From Alphaproteobacteria bacterium (GTDB lineage: Bacteria > Pseudomonadota > Alphaproteobacteria > MPNO01 > VGEU01), in NCBI GenBank assembly GCA_016869145.1, contig VGEU01000006.1:2210-66209 (forward strand): a stretch of DNA of 64,000 bases. Direction: 5' to 3'. Below are positions 49,444 through 57,623 of this stretch, in pieces. The position numbers and the translations under genes were made by a program. Below the pieces are notes generated by a model, which saw nothing but the letters and a program-made list of their open reading frames with translations, did no database searches and had not been told where the DNA came from. The first letter of the stretch is position 1; each line of letters starts with the position of its first letter.

Positions 49444-50487
49444 TCAGCCCGCTACGAGACGCCAGCGCAGGGTCTCGCCGGCGCGGAACGGGATCACCGC
49501 CTCACCCTCCTCGATCGCGACCGCGGCGGGAATGCGCGTGCCCGAGTTGACGAGCGAGATCCGCTGCTCGTTCGGCGGCATGCGATAGAACGCGGGCCCA
49601 TTGAGCGAGGCGAAGGCCTCGAGCGCGTCGAGCGCATTGTCCTCGTCGAAGACCTCGGCATAGAGCTCGAGCGCGCCCGGCGCATTGAAGATGCCGGCGC
49701 AGCCGCATGCGTTCTCCTTGTCGCGCAGGCGATGCGGCGCCGAGTCGGTCCCGAGGAAGAAGCGTGGATTGCCGGAAGTCGCCGCGCGCCGGAGCGCGAG
49801 CCGGTGCCGCTCGCGCTTGGCGATCGGCAGGCAGTACATGTGCGGGCGGATACCGCCCTGGAAGATGGCGTTGCGGTTGATCATCAAATGGTGCGCGGTG
49901 ATCGTCGCGCCCACCTGATGCGGAGTGTTTATCACGAACTCGACACCTTCTGCGGTCGTCACATGCTCGAACACGACGCGGAGCGTCGGCATGCGGTCGA
50001 GAAGCGGCGCGAGGATGCGGTCGAGGAACACCGCCTCGCGGTCGAACACGTCGACGTCCGGATCGACCACCTCGCCATGAACGAGGAGCGGCATGCCGAT
50101 CTCGGCCATCGTCGTGAGCACGCGGTCGATCTTGCGAATGTCGGTGACGCCGGCATGGGAGTTCGTCGTCGCGCCGGCCGGGTAGAGCTTCATCGCGATC
50201 CAGGCGCCCGACTTGAAACCACGCGCGACCTCCTCGGCTTCGATCGTATCGGTGAGATAGCCGGTCATCAGCGGCGTGAAATCGGCGCCGCGCGGCATCG
50301 CGGCGAGAATGCGATCGCGATAGGCCCGCGCCGCCCCCGCCGTCGTCACCGGTGGCACCAGATTCGGCATGATGATCGCGCGGGCGAAGCGCTCGACCGT
50401 ATAGGGAAGCACGTTCGACAGCATCGTTCCGTCGCGGAGATGGAGATGCCAGTCGTCCGGCCGGCGGATCGTCACCACCGCGGTCAT
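49444..50487 (-). CDS. pyrC: dihydroorotase, type II (homodimeric, E. coli PyrC-like)
   Basis: 347 aa. [15 protein letters not shown]-terminus nearly identical in pattern to E. coli PyrC. Confidence 0.8.
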   Translation of the reverse strand: MTAVVTIRRPDDWHLHLRDGTMLSNVLPYTVERFARAIIMPNLVPPVTTAGAARAYRDRILAAMPRGADFTPLMTGYLTDTIEAEEVARGFKSGAWIAMKLYPAGATTNSHAGVTDIRKIDRVLTTMAEIGMPLLVHGEVVDPDVDVFDREAVFLDRILAPLLDRMPTLRVVFEHVTTAEGVEFVINTPHQVGATITAHHLMINRNAIFQGGIRPHMYCLPIAKRERHRLALRRAATSGNPRFFLGTDSAPHRLRDKENACGCAGIFNAPGALELYAEVFDEDNALDALEAFASLNGPAFYRMPPNEQRISLVNSGTRIPAAVAIEEGEAVIPFRAGETLRWRLVAG

Positions 50488-50490
50488 CGG

Positions 50491-51801
50491 TCACGCCGCC
50501 GGATCGAGCAGCGCCGCCTGGAGGAGGTCGACGCCGCGCATGAAATCCTCGATCGCCATCGCCTCGCGCGGATTGTGCGAGCCGTGCGCGTTCCGAATGA
50601 AGATCATCGCCGACGGCACGCCGGCGCCGAGGAAGATCGCGGCGTCGTGGCCGGGCCCGGACGGCATGCGGCAGGTCGGGATCTCAAGCCGCTTGGCGAG
50701 CGCGTCGAGGTGCTCGATCCAGCGCTCGCCGATCCTCTCCGGCACCGCGAATACCCGCCGGTCGAACTCGAAGCGCACGCCGCGGGTCTTGGCGACCACG
50801 TCGCACTCGGTCTGCACCAGGCGATGGAAGGTCTCGAGCGTGTCGAGGCTGAGGCTCCGGAACTCGAGGCTGAACTCGACCTCGCCCGGGATACGCGACA
50901 TCGCGTGCCGGCTCGGATCGGTCGTGAAGATGCCGCTCGTGATGACGAGGTCGATGCCGCGCTCCATGAGAACGCGCCAGTGCTCGTCGAGCCGCATCAG
51001 GACGTCGGCTACCGCAAGCACGGAATCGTGGCGGAGCCAGCGCGGGATCGCGCCCGAGTGTCCGGCCTCGCCGTGGCAGACGATCTTCAGATGGCGGACA
51101 TAGCCACGGATGCCGGTGACGATGCCGACCGGCAGCGCGCGATCGACGAGGACGGGGCCCTGCTCGATGTGGACCTCGACGAACGCCGCGAAGTCCTCCG
51201 CCCGCGCCAAGGGCTCGCCCGAGGCGATCGCGACGATGTCGGCGCCGGCGGCTTCCATATAGGTCGCGAGCGGCTTGCCCGTATCGCGATGGCGGCGCTC
51301 GAGGTCGAGGGGATCGAGCCGGCCGAACAGCGCGCTCGAGCCGAGATAGGCCTTGCCGAACCAGGCGCTCTCCTCGCCGCGGATGCCGTAGAGGCGGATC
51401 GTCCGCCGCGGCGTGATCCCGGCCGCCTTGATCCGCGACAGCGCGACGAAGCCGGCGACGACACCGGCCGCGCCGTCGAAATTGCCGCCCTGCGGCACGG
51501 AATCGAGATGCGATCCGGTCGCGACGACAGGCCGTCCGGGCTCGCTGCCGGGCAGCTCGATCACGAGGTTGGCGGCGCGATCGCGCGCGACGGCGAAGCC
51601 GGCCTTGCGCGCCTCGGCGGCGATGAACTCGTGCGCCGCGCCCTCGCCGGCATCGTAGGAGGCGCGCGTGATGCCGACGCCGTCGAAGGACAGTCGACGG
51701 AGGCTGTCGAACAAAGCGCGCGCGAGCGCCGCGCCGTCGCCGGCACGCGCGAGCGAGCCCGCGGAATCCTGTGCGGCCGTCGTCGGACGATCGTCCGGCA
51801 T
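50491..51801 (-). CDS. M20-family Zn-dependent amidohydrolase (N-carbamoyl-amino-acid / allantoate amidohydrolase type), copy 2
   Basis: C-terminal 436 aa of read-through ORF 50491..52962, from ATG at 51801 (MPDDRPTT...). The upstream 380 codons are R/G-rich noise. Confidence 0.7.
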   Translation of the reverse strand: MPDDRPTTAAQDSAGSLARAGDGAALARALFDSLRRLSFDGVGITRASYDAGEGAAHEFIAAEARKAGFAVARDRAANLVIELPGSEPGRPVVATGSHLDSVPQGGNFDGAAGVVAGFVALSRIKAAGITPRRTIRLYGIRGEESAWFGKAYLGSSALFGRLDPLDLERRHRDTGKPLATYMEAAGADIVAIASGEPLARAEDFAAFVEVHIEQGPVLVDRALPVGIVTGIRGYVRHLKIVCHGEAGHSGAIPRWLRHDSVLAVADVLMRLDEHWRVLMERGIDLVITSGIFTTDPSRHAMSRIPGEVEFSLEFRSLSLDTLETFHRLVQTECDVVAKTRGVRFEFDRRVFAVPERIGERWIEHLDALAKRLEIPTCRMPSGPGHDAAIFLGAGVPSAMIFIRNAHGSHNPREAMAIEDFMRGVDLLQAALLDPAA

Positions 51802-51809
51802 GATGCGCC

Positions 51810-52745
51810 TCACGCCTCGCGGGCGCGACGGGCCGGCGCTGCGCTCGGCAGCGCGCGACCGATCAGATCGGTGACGCGGGCGATCTTGCGCTCGGTGCAC
51901 CAGGCCGCGAGCCCGTCGACGATCCGCACCATCGCCTTCGGATAGAGGAACGTCGCCGTGCCGACCTGGACCGCGCTCGCGCCGGCGGCGAGGTACTCGA
52001 CGACATCGGTCGCGTTCATGATCCCGCCCGAGCCGATGATCGGGATGCGGACGGCCTGTGCGCACTGCCAGACCATGCGGAGGATGACCGGCTTCACGGC
52101 CGGTCCGGAGAGGCCGCCGGTGCCGGTGCCGAGCTTCGGCGCGAGCGTCTCGAGATCGATCGCCATGGCGAGGATGGTGTTGGCGACCACGACCGCGTCG
52201 GCGCCGGCGGCCTCGGCGGCGCGCGCGCTCGCGGTCGCCGATCCGGTATTGGGCGTGAGCTTCGCCCACAGCGGCCAGTCGGTGCGGACCCGCATGCGGC
52301 TCACGACGTCGTAGGTCGCATCGGCCTCCATCGCGACGGCGTGTCCGCCCTCCTCGATATTGGGGCAGGAGATGTTGATCTCGATCGCAGCGACGCCTGG
52401 AACCGAGACGCGCTCGGCCATCATCGCGAAGTCCTCGGGCGAATCCGCCGAGACGCTGACGACGAGTGGCGCCGCATAGCGGGCATAGAACGGCACCGTC
52501 TTGGCGAGGAAGTGATCGATGCCCTTGCTCGGAAGCCCGATCGAATTGAGCATGCCGGACGGCGTCTCGGCGACGCGCGGTGTCGGGTTGCCGTCGCGGA
52601 AGCCGGGCGTGACGCTTTTCGTGACGTAGGCGCCGAGCCGGTTGAGGTCGACGACCCGCGCGAGCTCCTCCGAGAACGTGCCGGAACCCGGCATGATCGG
52701 GTTGCGGAGCGCGAGCGATCCGATGCGAACGCCGAGATCTACCAT
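51810..52745 (-). CDS. pyrD: dihydroorotate dehydrogenase class 1B catalytic subunit (PyrD-B like, FMN)
   Basis: Internal ATG (MVDLGVRIGSLALRNPIMPGSGTF) in ORF 51810..53213. Active-site Cys in NISCPN. Confidence 0.75.
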   Translation of the reverse strand: MVDLGVRIGSLALRNPIMPGSGTFSEELARVVDLNRLGAYVTKSVTPGFRDGNPTPRVAETPSGMLNSIGLPSKGIDHFLAKTVPFYARYAAPLVVSVSADSPEDFAMMAERVSVPGVAAIEINISCPNIEEGGHAVAMEADATYDVVSRMRVRTDWPLWAKLTPNTGSATASARAAEAAGADAVVVANTILAMAIDLETLAPKLGTGTGGLSGPAVKPVILRMVWQCAQAVRIPIIGSGGIMNATDVVEYLAAGASAVQVGTATFLYPKAMVRIVDGLAAWCTERKIARVTDLIGRALPSAAPARRAREA

Positions 52746-53584
52746 GACAACGCCTCGTGTAGTCCGAAGACAGGCCCGTCGCGGCAGACACGGAGATTGG
52801 CGACGGTGCCGTTGCGCTCGATCTGGCGCACGCAGCAGAAGCACATGCCGAGCCCGCACGCCATCTGCTGCTCGATCGCGACCTGGCCGCCGATCCCGTG
52901 CGCGCGCCCGAGCGTCTGGAGGAGCTTGAGGAGCCGGTTGGAACCGCAGGTGAAGAAGGCATCGGCGCGACCGGCCCGGATCAAGTCGAGCAGAAGCCGC
53001 TCCACCTGCGGCACGGCGCTCGTTCCCTCCTCGTCGGTGACGGTGAGGACCTCGGCACCGGCATCGGCGAACACCGACTGCGACATCAGATCGAGCTTGC
53101 TGCGCGCGCTCAAGACCGCGGTGATGGCGACGCCCGAGGCCTGTGCCAACTGGGCGAGCGGCGCGAGGGTGGCGAGGCCGACGCCGCGGGCGAGGACCAC
53201 GATGCGCCGCCACGCCGGATCGAGCGAGAAGCCGAGACCGAGCGGACCGAGCATGTCGAGCGTGTCGCCCGGCGCGAGAAGAGCGAGCGCGCGGGTGCCG
53301 GCGCCGGTCACATGGTACAGAAACTCGACCGTCCCCCCATTAGGATGCATCTGGTAGACGCTCATCGGGCGGCGCAGGAAGACCGCCTCGTCGGGTAGCG
53401 GCGGACAGAGGAGGTTGAAGAACTGGCCGGGCCGGATCTTGCGCGCCGCCTCGGGCGCCGACACGACGAGATGCTTGTAGCGGGCGTTGACGGCGGCGTT
53501 GACGAGGACCGTGCCGAGATATTCATCGCCCGGAACCGGCAGCGGCGTCGGGGCCTCGACGGCGGCGAGCGTATCGGCCCTCAT
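52739..53584 (-). CDS. pyrK: dihydroorotate dehydrogenase electron-transfer subunit (PyrK-like, FAD + 2Fe-2S)
   Basis: 281 aa. RRPMSV FAD motif and C-terminal CGLGMCFCC 2Fe-2S cysteine cluster. Overlaps the pyrD start. Confidence 0.75.
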   Translation of the reverse strand: MRADTLAAVEAPTPLPVPGDEYLGTVLVNAAVNARYKHLVVSAPEAARKIRPGQFFNLLCPPLPDEAVFLRRPMSVYQMHPNGGTVEFLYHVTGAGTRALALLAPGDTLDMLGPLGLGFSLDPAWRRIVVLARGVGLATLAPLAQLAQASGVAITAVLSARSKLDLMSQSVFADAGAEVLTVTDEEGTSAVPQVERLLLDLIRAGRADAFFTCGSNRLLKLLQTLGRAHGIGGQVAIEQQMACGLGMCFCCVRQIERNGTVANLRVCRDGPVFGLHEALSW

Positions 53585-53718
53585 CGGTCACTGCGCGGTG
53601 CGCGCGGGCCGGCGCATCCGCGCGCCCGCCGGTTGCGCCCCGTCCGTTCGGAATTCATCCGTGTCCCCATGCCTAGCCCGAGGCCGCCTTCCCGTTCACC
53701 GCCGTCTTGTTGCGGTCC

Positions 53719-53775
53719 TTGTTTTAAGTCCAATCGTTAAATGATTGAAAAATTTTAATACTAAACTCATCCTCA
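53719..53775. promoter_or_regulatory. AT-rich (about 25-30 percent GC) element in the divergent promoter region between the pyrK operon and a small hypothetical gene
   Basis: ttgttttaagtccaatcgttaaatgattgaaaaattttaatactaaactcat within a 70 percent GC genome. Contains TTGAAA / TAATAC-like hexamers. Confidence 0.4.
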
Positions 53776-53820
53776 GGCCCGTCAATAGGGTGTGCCGGCG
53801 CCACGATCGCTGTGTGGCGG

Positions 53821-53886
53821 CCGGCGGCGGCGCCGCCACGGCCCGCCGGAATGGTAGCCGATCGCCCCGCGGGCGGGCCCGCGGGG
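53821..53886. promoter_or_regulatory. GC-rich palindromes (ccggcgg...ccgccgg; ccccgcgggc-gg-gcccgcgggg) upstream of the small hypothetical gene
   Basis: Perfect 10-bp inverted repeat with 2-nt spacer at ~53865-53886 and a ggcggcgccgcc palindrome at ~53827-53838. Confidence 0.35.
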
Positions 53887-53958
53887 CGGGGCCATGACCG
53901 CTTGATTTATCCGCGCGATCCGGCAGCATCGCGCGATACCGGGACGGAGACGTGTTCG

Positions 53959-54270
53959 ATGACCTTGAACGAACTGTATGAAGGGCTGAAGCAGCGCGAC
54001 CGTGGCATGGCCGCGTTCGACCGCTTCATGCAGGATTGCCGGAGCGGGATCGAGAGCGACCGCGCCCACGCGGCCGCCTATCATCTCCTCCTCAGCATCA
54101 CCGCCCGGTTCTGCGACCGATACGACCGCGAGCCTCTTCCTCTCACGACCGCCCAGGAAGCCAAGGACGCCCTCCTCCGCCTCACCGACCAGGCCCGCGC
54201 CGCCGAGACCCGGAGCGCGGACGAGCAGATCCGAGTCCTCAACGCGATCGCGACGACCGAACTCGGCTGA
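53959..54270 (+). CDS. hypothetical small alpha-helical protein (103 aa)
   Basis: Internal ATG (MTLNELYEGLKQ) in ORF 53812..54270. No recognisable family. Confidence 0.45.
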   Translation: MTLNELYEGLKQRDRGMAAFDRFMQDCRSGIESDRAHAAAYHLLLSITARFCDRYDREPLPLTTAQEAKDALLRLTDQARAAETRSADEQIRVLNAIATTELG

Positions 54271-54275
54271 GGTCG

Positions 54276-55316
54276 TCAGGCGGCCTTGGGGCTCACCCGC
54301 CCTTCATAGAGATCACGCCCGAGCTTGAGCGCGCGGATCTTGCGGTCCGCGACATAGCGGCGGTGGTTCCACAGCCCGCAATCGGGGTGGATGTAGCGGA
54401 TCCGCTCGGGACCGAGGATCCCGGCCATCCGCTCGATGTCGCGCGCGATCTCGTCGGGGGATTCGGCGACCGTCGTCTTCACGTCGCACACGCCGACGCC
54501 GAACCCGATATCGGGACGGAGGTCGCGGAACACGACCAGGGTCTCCGGCGCGTGCATCTTGCACTCCATGATGATGTGGTCGACGTGGAGCGCGTTGAGA
54601 TAGTCCATCAGCCGGGCCCAGGTGCCGCGCTGCGAGCGCTGCCCGCCATAGTTGCCGAAACAGAGGTGGACCGCGGCGGTCGTCTTGACCGCGTCGAGCA
54701 CGCGGTTGATCGCGCTCGCCGCCCACTCCCACTCGTCCGGGTGGCCGGGAAGGTTCGCCTCGTCGAGCTGGATCACCGGCGCGTCGAGCCGGGCGACCTG
54801 CGCGGCGAGGAGATCGGCGATCGCATGGCAGAGCTGAGGCAGGTCCTTGTAGTGGTAGTCGACCAGGCTCTTGGCGATCATGTGCGGTCCGGTGACCGTG
54901 AATTTCAGCGGCACCGTCGAGAGCTCCATCGCCCGCTGGCATGGCCGCTGCAGGTTGAGCGTCCCGTTGCCGACTGGTCCGATCACCGCGCCGGCCGGGT
55001 TGCGGCGCCAGCGCAGCATGTCGGAATCGGCCTCGAACTTGACGAAATCGTCGAACAGGAGGTCGGATCGGATGCCCGACATCGGCCGCGTGAAATACTC
55101 GATCATGCCGTTGGCGTCGGGATGGCTGAGATCGTAGCGATAGACCTCGCCGTCGCACACGAGGTCGATGCCGCATTGCTCCTGCGTGTGGAGGATCACC
55201 CGCGTCGCATCGACGATCATCTGTTCCGAGGGCTGATGGCCGAACCATTCCGGGACCGGGTAGGACCCGACGACGGTCGTCTTGATGCACGGCGCGGCCA
55301 TGGCGACATCCTCCAT
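54276..55316 (-). CDS. cobalamin-independent methionine synthase (MetE) C-terminal-domain-like / UroD-fold methyltransferase-like protein
   Basis: 346 aa, IKTTVVGSYPVP N-terminal motif. Start may be the internal Met at ~55301. Confidence 0.6.
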   Translation of the reverse strand: MEDVAMAAPCIKTTVVGSYPVPEWFGHQPSEQMIVDATRVILHTQEQCGIDLVCDGEVYRYDLSHPDANGMIEYFTRPMSGIRSDLLFDDFVKFEADSDMLRWRRNPAGAVIGPVGNGTLNLQRPCQRAMELSTVPLKFTVTGPHMIAKSLVDYHYKDLPQLCHAIADLLAAQVARLDAPVIQLDEANLPGHPDEWEWAASAINRVLDAVKTTAAVHLCFGNYGGQRSQRGTWARLMDYLNALHVDHIIMECKMHAPETLVVFRDLRPDIGFGVGVCDVKTTVAESPDEIARDIERMAGILGPERIRYIHPDCGLWNHRRYVADRKIRALKLGRDLYEGRVSPKAA

Positions 55317-55342
55317 TGTCTCCCCCGGGCGGTCGACACCGC

Positions 55343-56146
55343 CTAGGGGCTCGTCTCGCGAAACGGAACTTCGCGCGGCCGCGGTGTCGCTTTAAAGGCC
55401 TGGCCGCGGCGCGCGCGTATTCGGACCACGGCGAAGACCATGCGGAGCCCGTCGCGCCACACCCGCACCTGGTCGAGCGGATCGATGCGCCAGATCACCG
55501 GCACCGCGGCGACCCGGTAGTCGCGCAGCCAGGCGAGGCGCAGGATCTCGACATCGAAGGCATAGCCGTCCTCGCGCGCCCGCCCGAAGAGATCGGCCGC
55601 GGCGGCGGCGGTGAACAGCTTGAACCCGCATTGCGTGTCCTCGAGCCCCGGCACCGCGAGCGCCCGGACGAAACCGCGGAACATGCGGCTCAGGCTGCAG
55701 CGCATCCAGTCGAGCCGTGTCCAGAGCGCCGCGTCCTGGCGGACGCCAACCGCGATGTCGGCGCCGGCCGCAATCTCCTGACGGAGCCGCGGCCACTGCC
55801 GGATGCCGACACCCCCGTCGGCATCGGCGAGAAGCCGGAGTGCGCCGCGCGAGGCGCGCATGCCGACCCGGGTCGCCGCACCCTTGCCGCGGTTGCGGTC
55901 GAGGCGGAGAAGCCGCACGTTGGGATGGAACCGCGCCCGCGCCAGCACGACCTCAGCCGTCTCGTCGCGGCTCCCGTCGTCGACCACCACGACCTCGAAG
56001 CTGAGGCCCTCCTCGCCGAGTGCCAACAGCGTGTCGTCGAGGAACGCCGGCAGCCGCGTCGCCTCGTCATGGGCCGGGACGACGACGCTGAGCCCGAGAT
56101 CGCCGGTCTCCTCGCTCGAAGAGCTTGTTTCTGTCGACGCAACCAT
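55343..56146 (-). CDS. family 2 glycosyltransferase (dolichol/polyprenol-phosphate mannosyl/glucosyltransferase-like)
   Basis: Internal ATG (MVASTETSSSSEETGDLGLSVVVPAHDE) in ORF 55343..56320. DDGSRD and LLADADG motifs. Confidence 0.7.
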   Translation of the reverse strand: MVASTETSSSSEETGDLGLSVVVPAHDEATRLPAFLDDTLLALGEEGLSFEVVVVDDGSRDETAEVVLARARFHPNVRLLRLDRNRGKGAATRVGMRASRGALRLLADADGGVGIRQWPRLRQEIAAGADIAVGVRQDAALWTRLDWMRCSLSRMFRGFVRALAVPGLEDTQCGFKLFTAAAAADLFGRAREDGYAFDVEILRLAWLRDYRVAAVPVIWRIDPLDQVRVWRDGLRMVFAVVRIRARRGQAFKATPRPREVPFRETSP

Positions 56147-56303
56147 GATGTTGTTCGTCGCGGGCCGTCGATTGTTCGCGTCGCGATGTACAGCGCTGTG
56201 CGGATGCAGAGCGGTCTGGAGTGTGACAGAATTCGGGTCGATTCGGTACGGATTGCTGATGACGGCGTCGCGAGCCGGCAATAGCGGGGCAAGGAGAGCG
56301 AGC

Positions 56304-57551
56304 ATGGCGACGGAGATCAAGGAACGGAGCGAGACCCGCGAACACTATGATGTCGGCGGCATTCGTCTCGAGCGGCCCTTCCGCATCCGGCGGATGGGCC
56401 ATTTCGGCTTCAACTGCCGGAATGTCGAGGGCAACCTCCATTTCTATGGCGAGCTCCTCGGCCTCTACCGCTCCGACCCGATCGACTTCGGCGCCCGCGT
56501 CGCCGACAAGTCGCTCCTCGCGGGCAAGGGCTCGACCATCGGCTGGTTCATGCGCCACGGCACCGATCACCACAGCTTCGTGGTGTTTCCAGGCCGCGTG
56601 CTCGACGTGCTCGCCGGCAGGCCCGACCATCAATCCGAGGTCACGATCAACCAGATCACCTGGCAGGTCGGCAGCCTCCGCGAGGTGACCGAGGCGACGC
56701 GCTGGCTCGGCCAGCGACATGTCAAGATTCGCCGCGTCGGGCGAGACACGCCGGGCTCCAACTGGCACTGCTACCCGATCGATCCTGACGAGCATGTCAA
56801 CGAGCTCTATTACGGGATCGAGCAGGTCGGCTGGAACGGGCACAGCAAGCCGCGCGCCATGTACGCACGCGGCTTCCAGGAAACGCCGAGCCTGCCGCAG
56901 ATCTCGGAGTTCCGCGAGGTCGAGGACGCGATGGCGCAGGGCATCGACATCGGATCGGGCTATCGCTCCCGCCCCGTGGGCGAGGCGCGCTATGACGTCG
57001 GCGGCATCCTCTTGCCGCGTCCGTTCAAGATCGTCCGGGTCGGGCCCGTGCATCTCTTCGTCAAGGACGTCGAGACCTCGGTCCGCTATTACCGCGACGT
57101 GCTCGGCCTTCAGGTCAGCGAGGAGATCACCTGGCAGGGCCACACTTGCGTGTTCCTCCGCTGCAACACCGAGCACCATTCGGTCGGGCTCTACCCGATC
57201 GCGCTCCGCGCCGTGCTCGGGCTCAGCGCCCACACGACGTGTCTTTCTTTCGGGATGCAGCTCGCCGAGTACCGCCAGCTGCGCGATGCGGTCTCCTGGC
57301 TCGGCGAGCGCGGTGTCACCATCAAGCACCTGCCGCCCGAATTGTTCCCGGGGATCGAGCACTCCGCCTTCGCGATCGACGTCGACGGCCATGCGATCCA
57401 GCTCTACCACGCGATGGAGCAGATCGGCTGGGACGGCCGGCCGCGTCCGGCGGCGCTCCGGCGCAAGATCGACAACGGGAACTGGCCAGAGTTTCTCGAC
57501 CCGCTCTCCGACAGCTACATGGGCGAGGCCTATCTCGGCCCGTGGGGCTGA
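56304..57551 (+). CDS. tandem two-module VOC-family protein (glyoxalase / extradiol dioxygenase-like)
   Basis: Internal ATG preceded by AAGGAGAG in ORF 55803..57551. Two homologous halves (YDVGGIRLERPFRIRRMGHF / YDVGGILLPRPFKIVRVGPVHLF). Confidence 0.7.
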   Translation: MATEIKERSETREHYDVGGIRLERPFRIRRMGHFGFNCRNVEGNLHFYGELLGLYRSDPIDFGARVADKSLLAGKGSTIGWFMRHGTDHHSFVVFPGRVLDVLAGRPDHQSEVTINQITWQVGSLREVTEATRWLGQRHVKIRRVGRDTPGSNWHCYPIDPDEHVNELYYGIEQVGWNGHSKPRAMYARGFQETPSLPQISEFREVEDAMAQGIDIGSGYRSRPVGEARYDVGGILLPRPFKIVRVGPVHLFVKDVETSVRYYRDVLGLQVSEEITWQGHTCVFLRCNTEHHSVGLYPIALRAVLGLSAHTTCLSFGMQLAEYRQLRDAVSWLGERGVTIKHLPPELFPGIEHSAFAIDVDGHAIQLYHAMEQIGWDGRPRPAALRRKIDNGNWPEFLDPLSDSYMGEAYLGPWG

Positions 57552-57570
57552 GCCGCGCGCGGGCGCAACG

Positions 57571-57603
57571 AAAAAGGGCGGGCCCGACGGACCCGCCCTT
57601 TCG
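57571..57603. terminator. bidirectional rho-independent terminator between convergent VOC and cupin genes
   Basis: aaaaa-gggcggg-(9 nt loop)-cccgccc-ttt: 7-bp GC stem flanked by an A-tract and a T-tract. Confidence 0.6.
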
Positions 57604-57623
57604 CGTTGTGGGACCGACCGCGA

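Noticed and set aside
49732-51945. 737-aa plus-strand ORF
   Set aside because: Antisense to pyrC and the M20 hydrolase.
51802-52962. N-terminal 387 codons of ORF 50491..52962
   Set aside because: Read-through of the R/G/S-rich frame overlapping pyrD on another frame. The M20 hydrolase begins at the internal ATG 51801.
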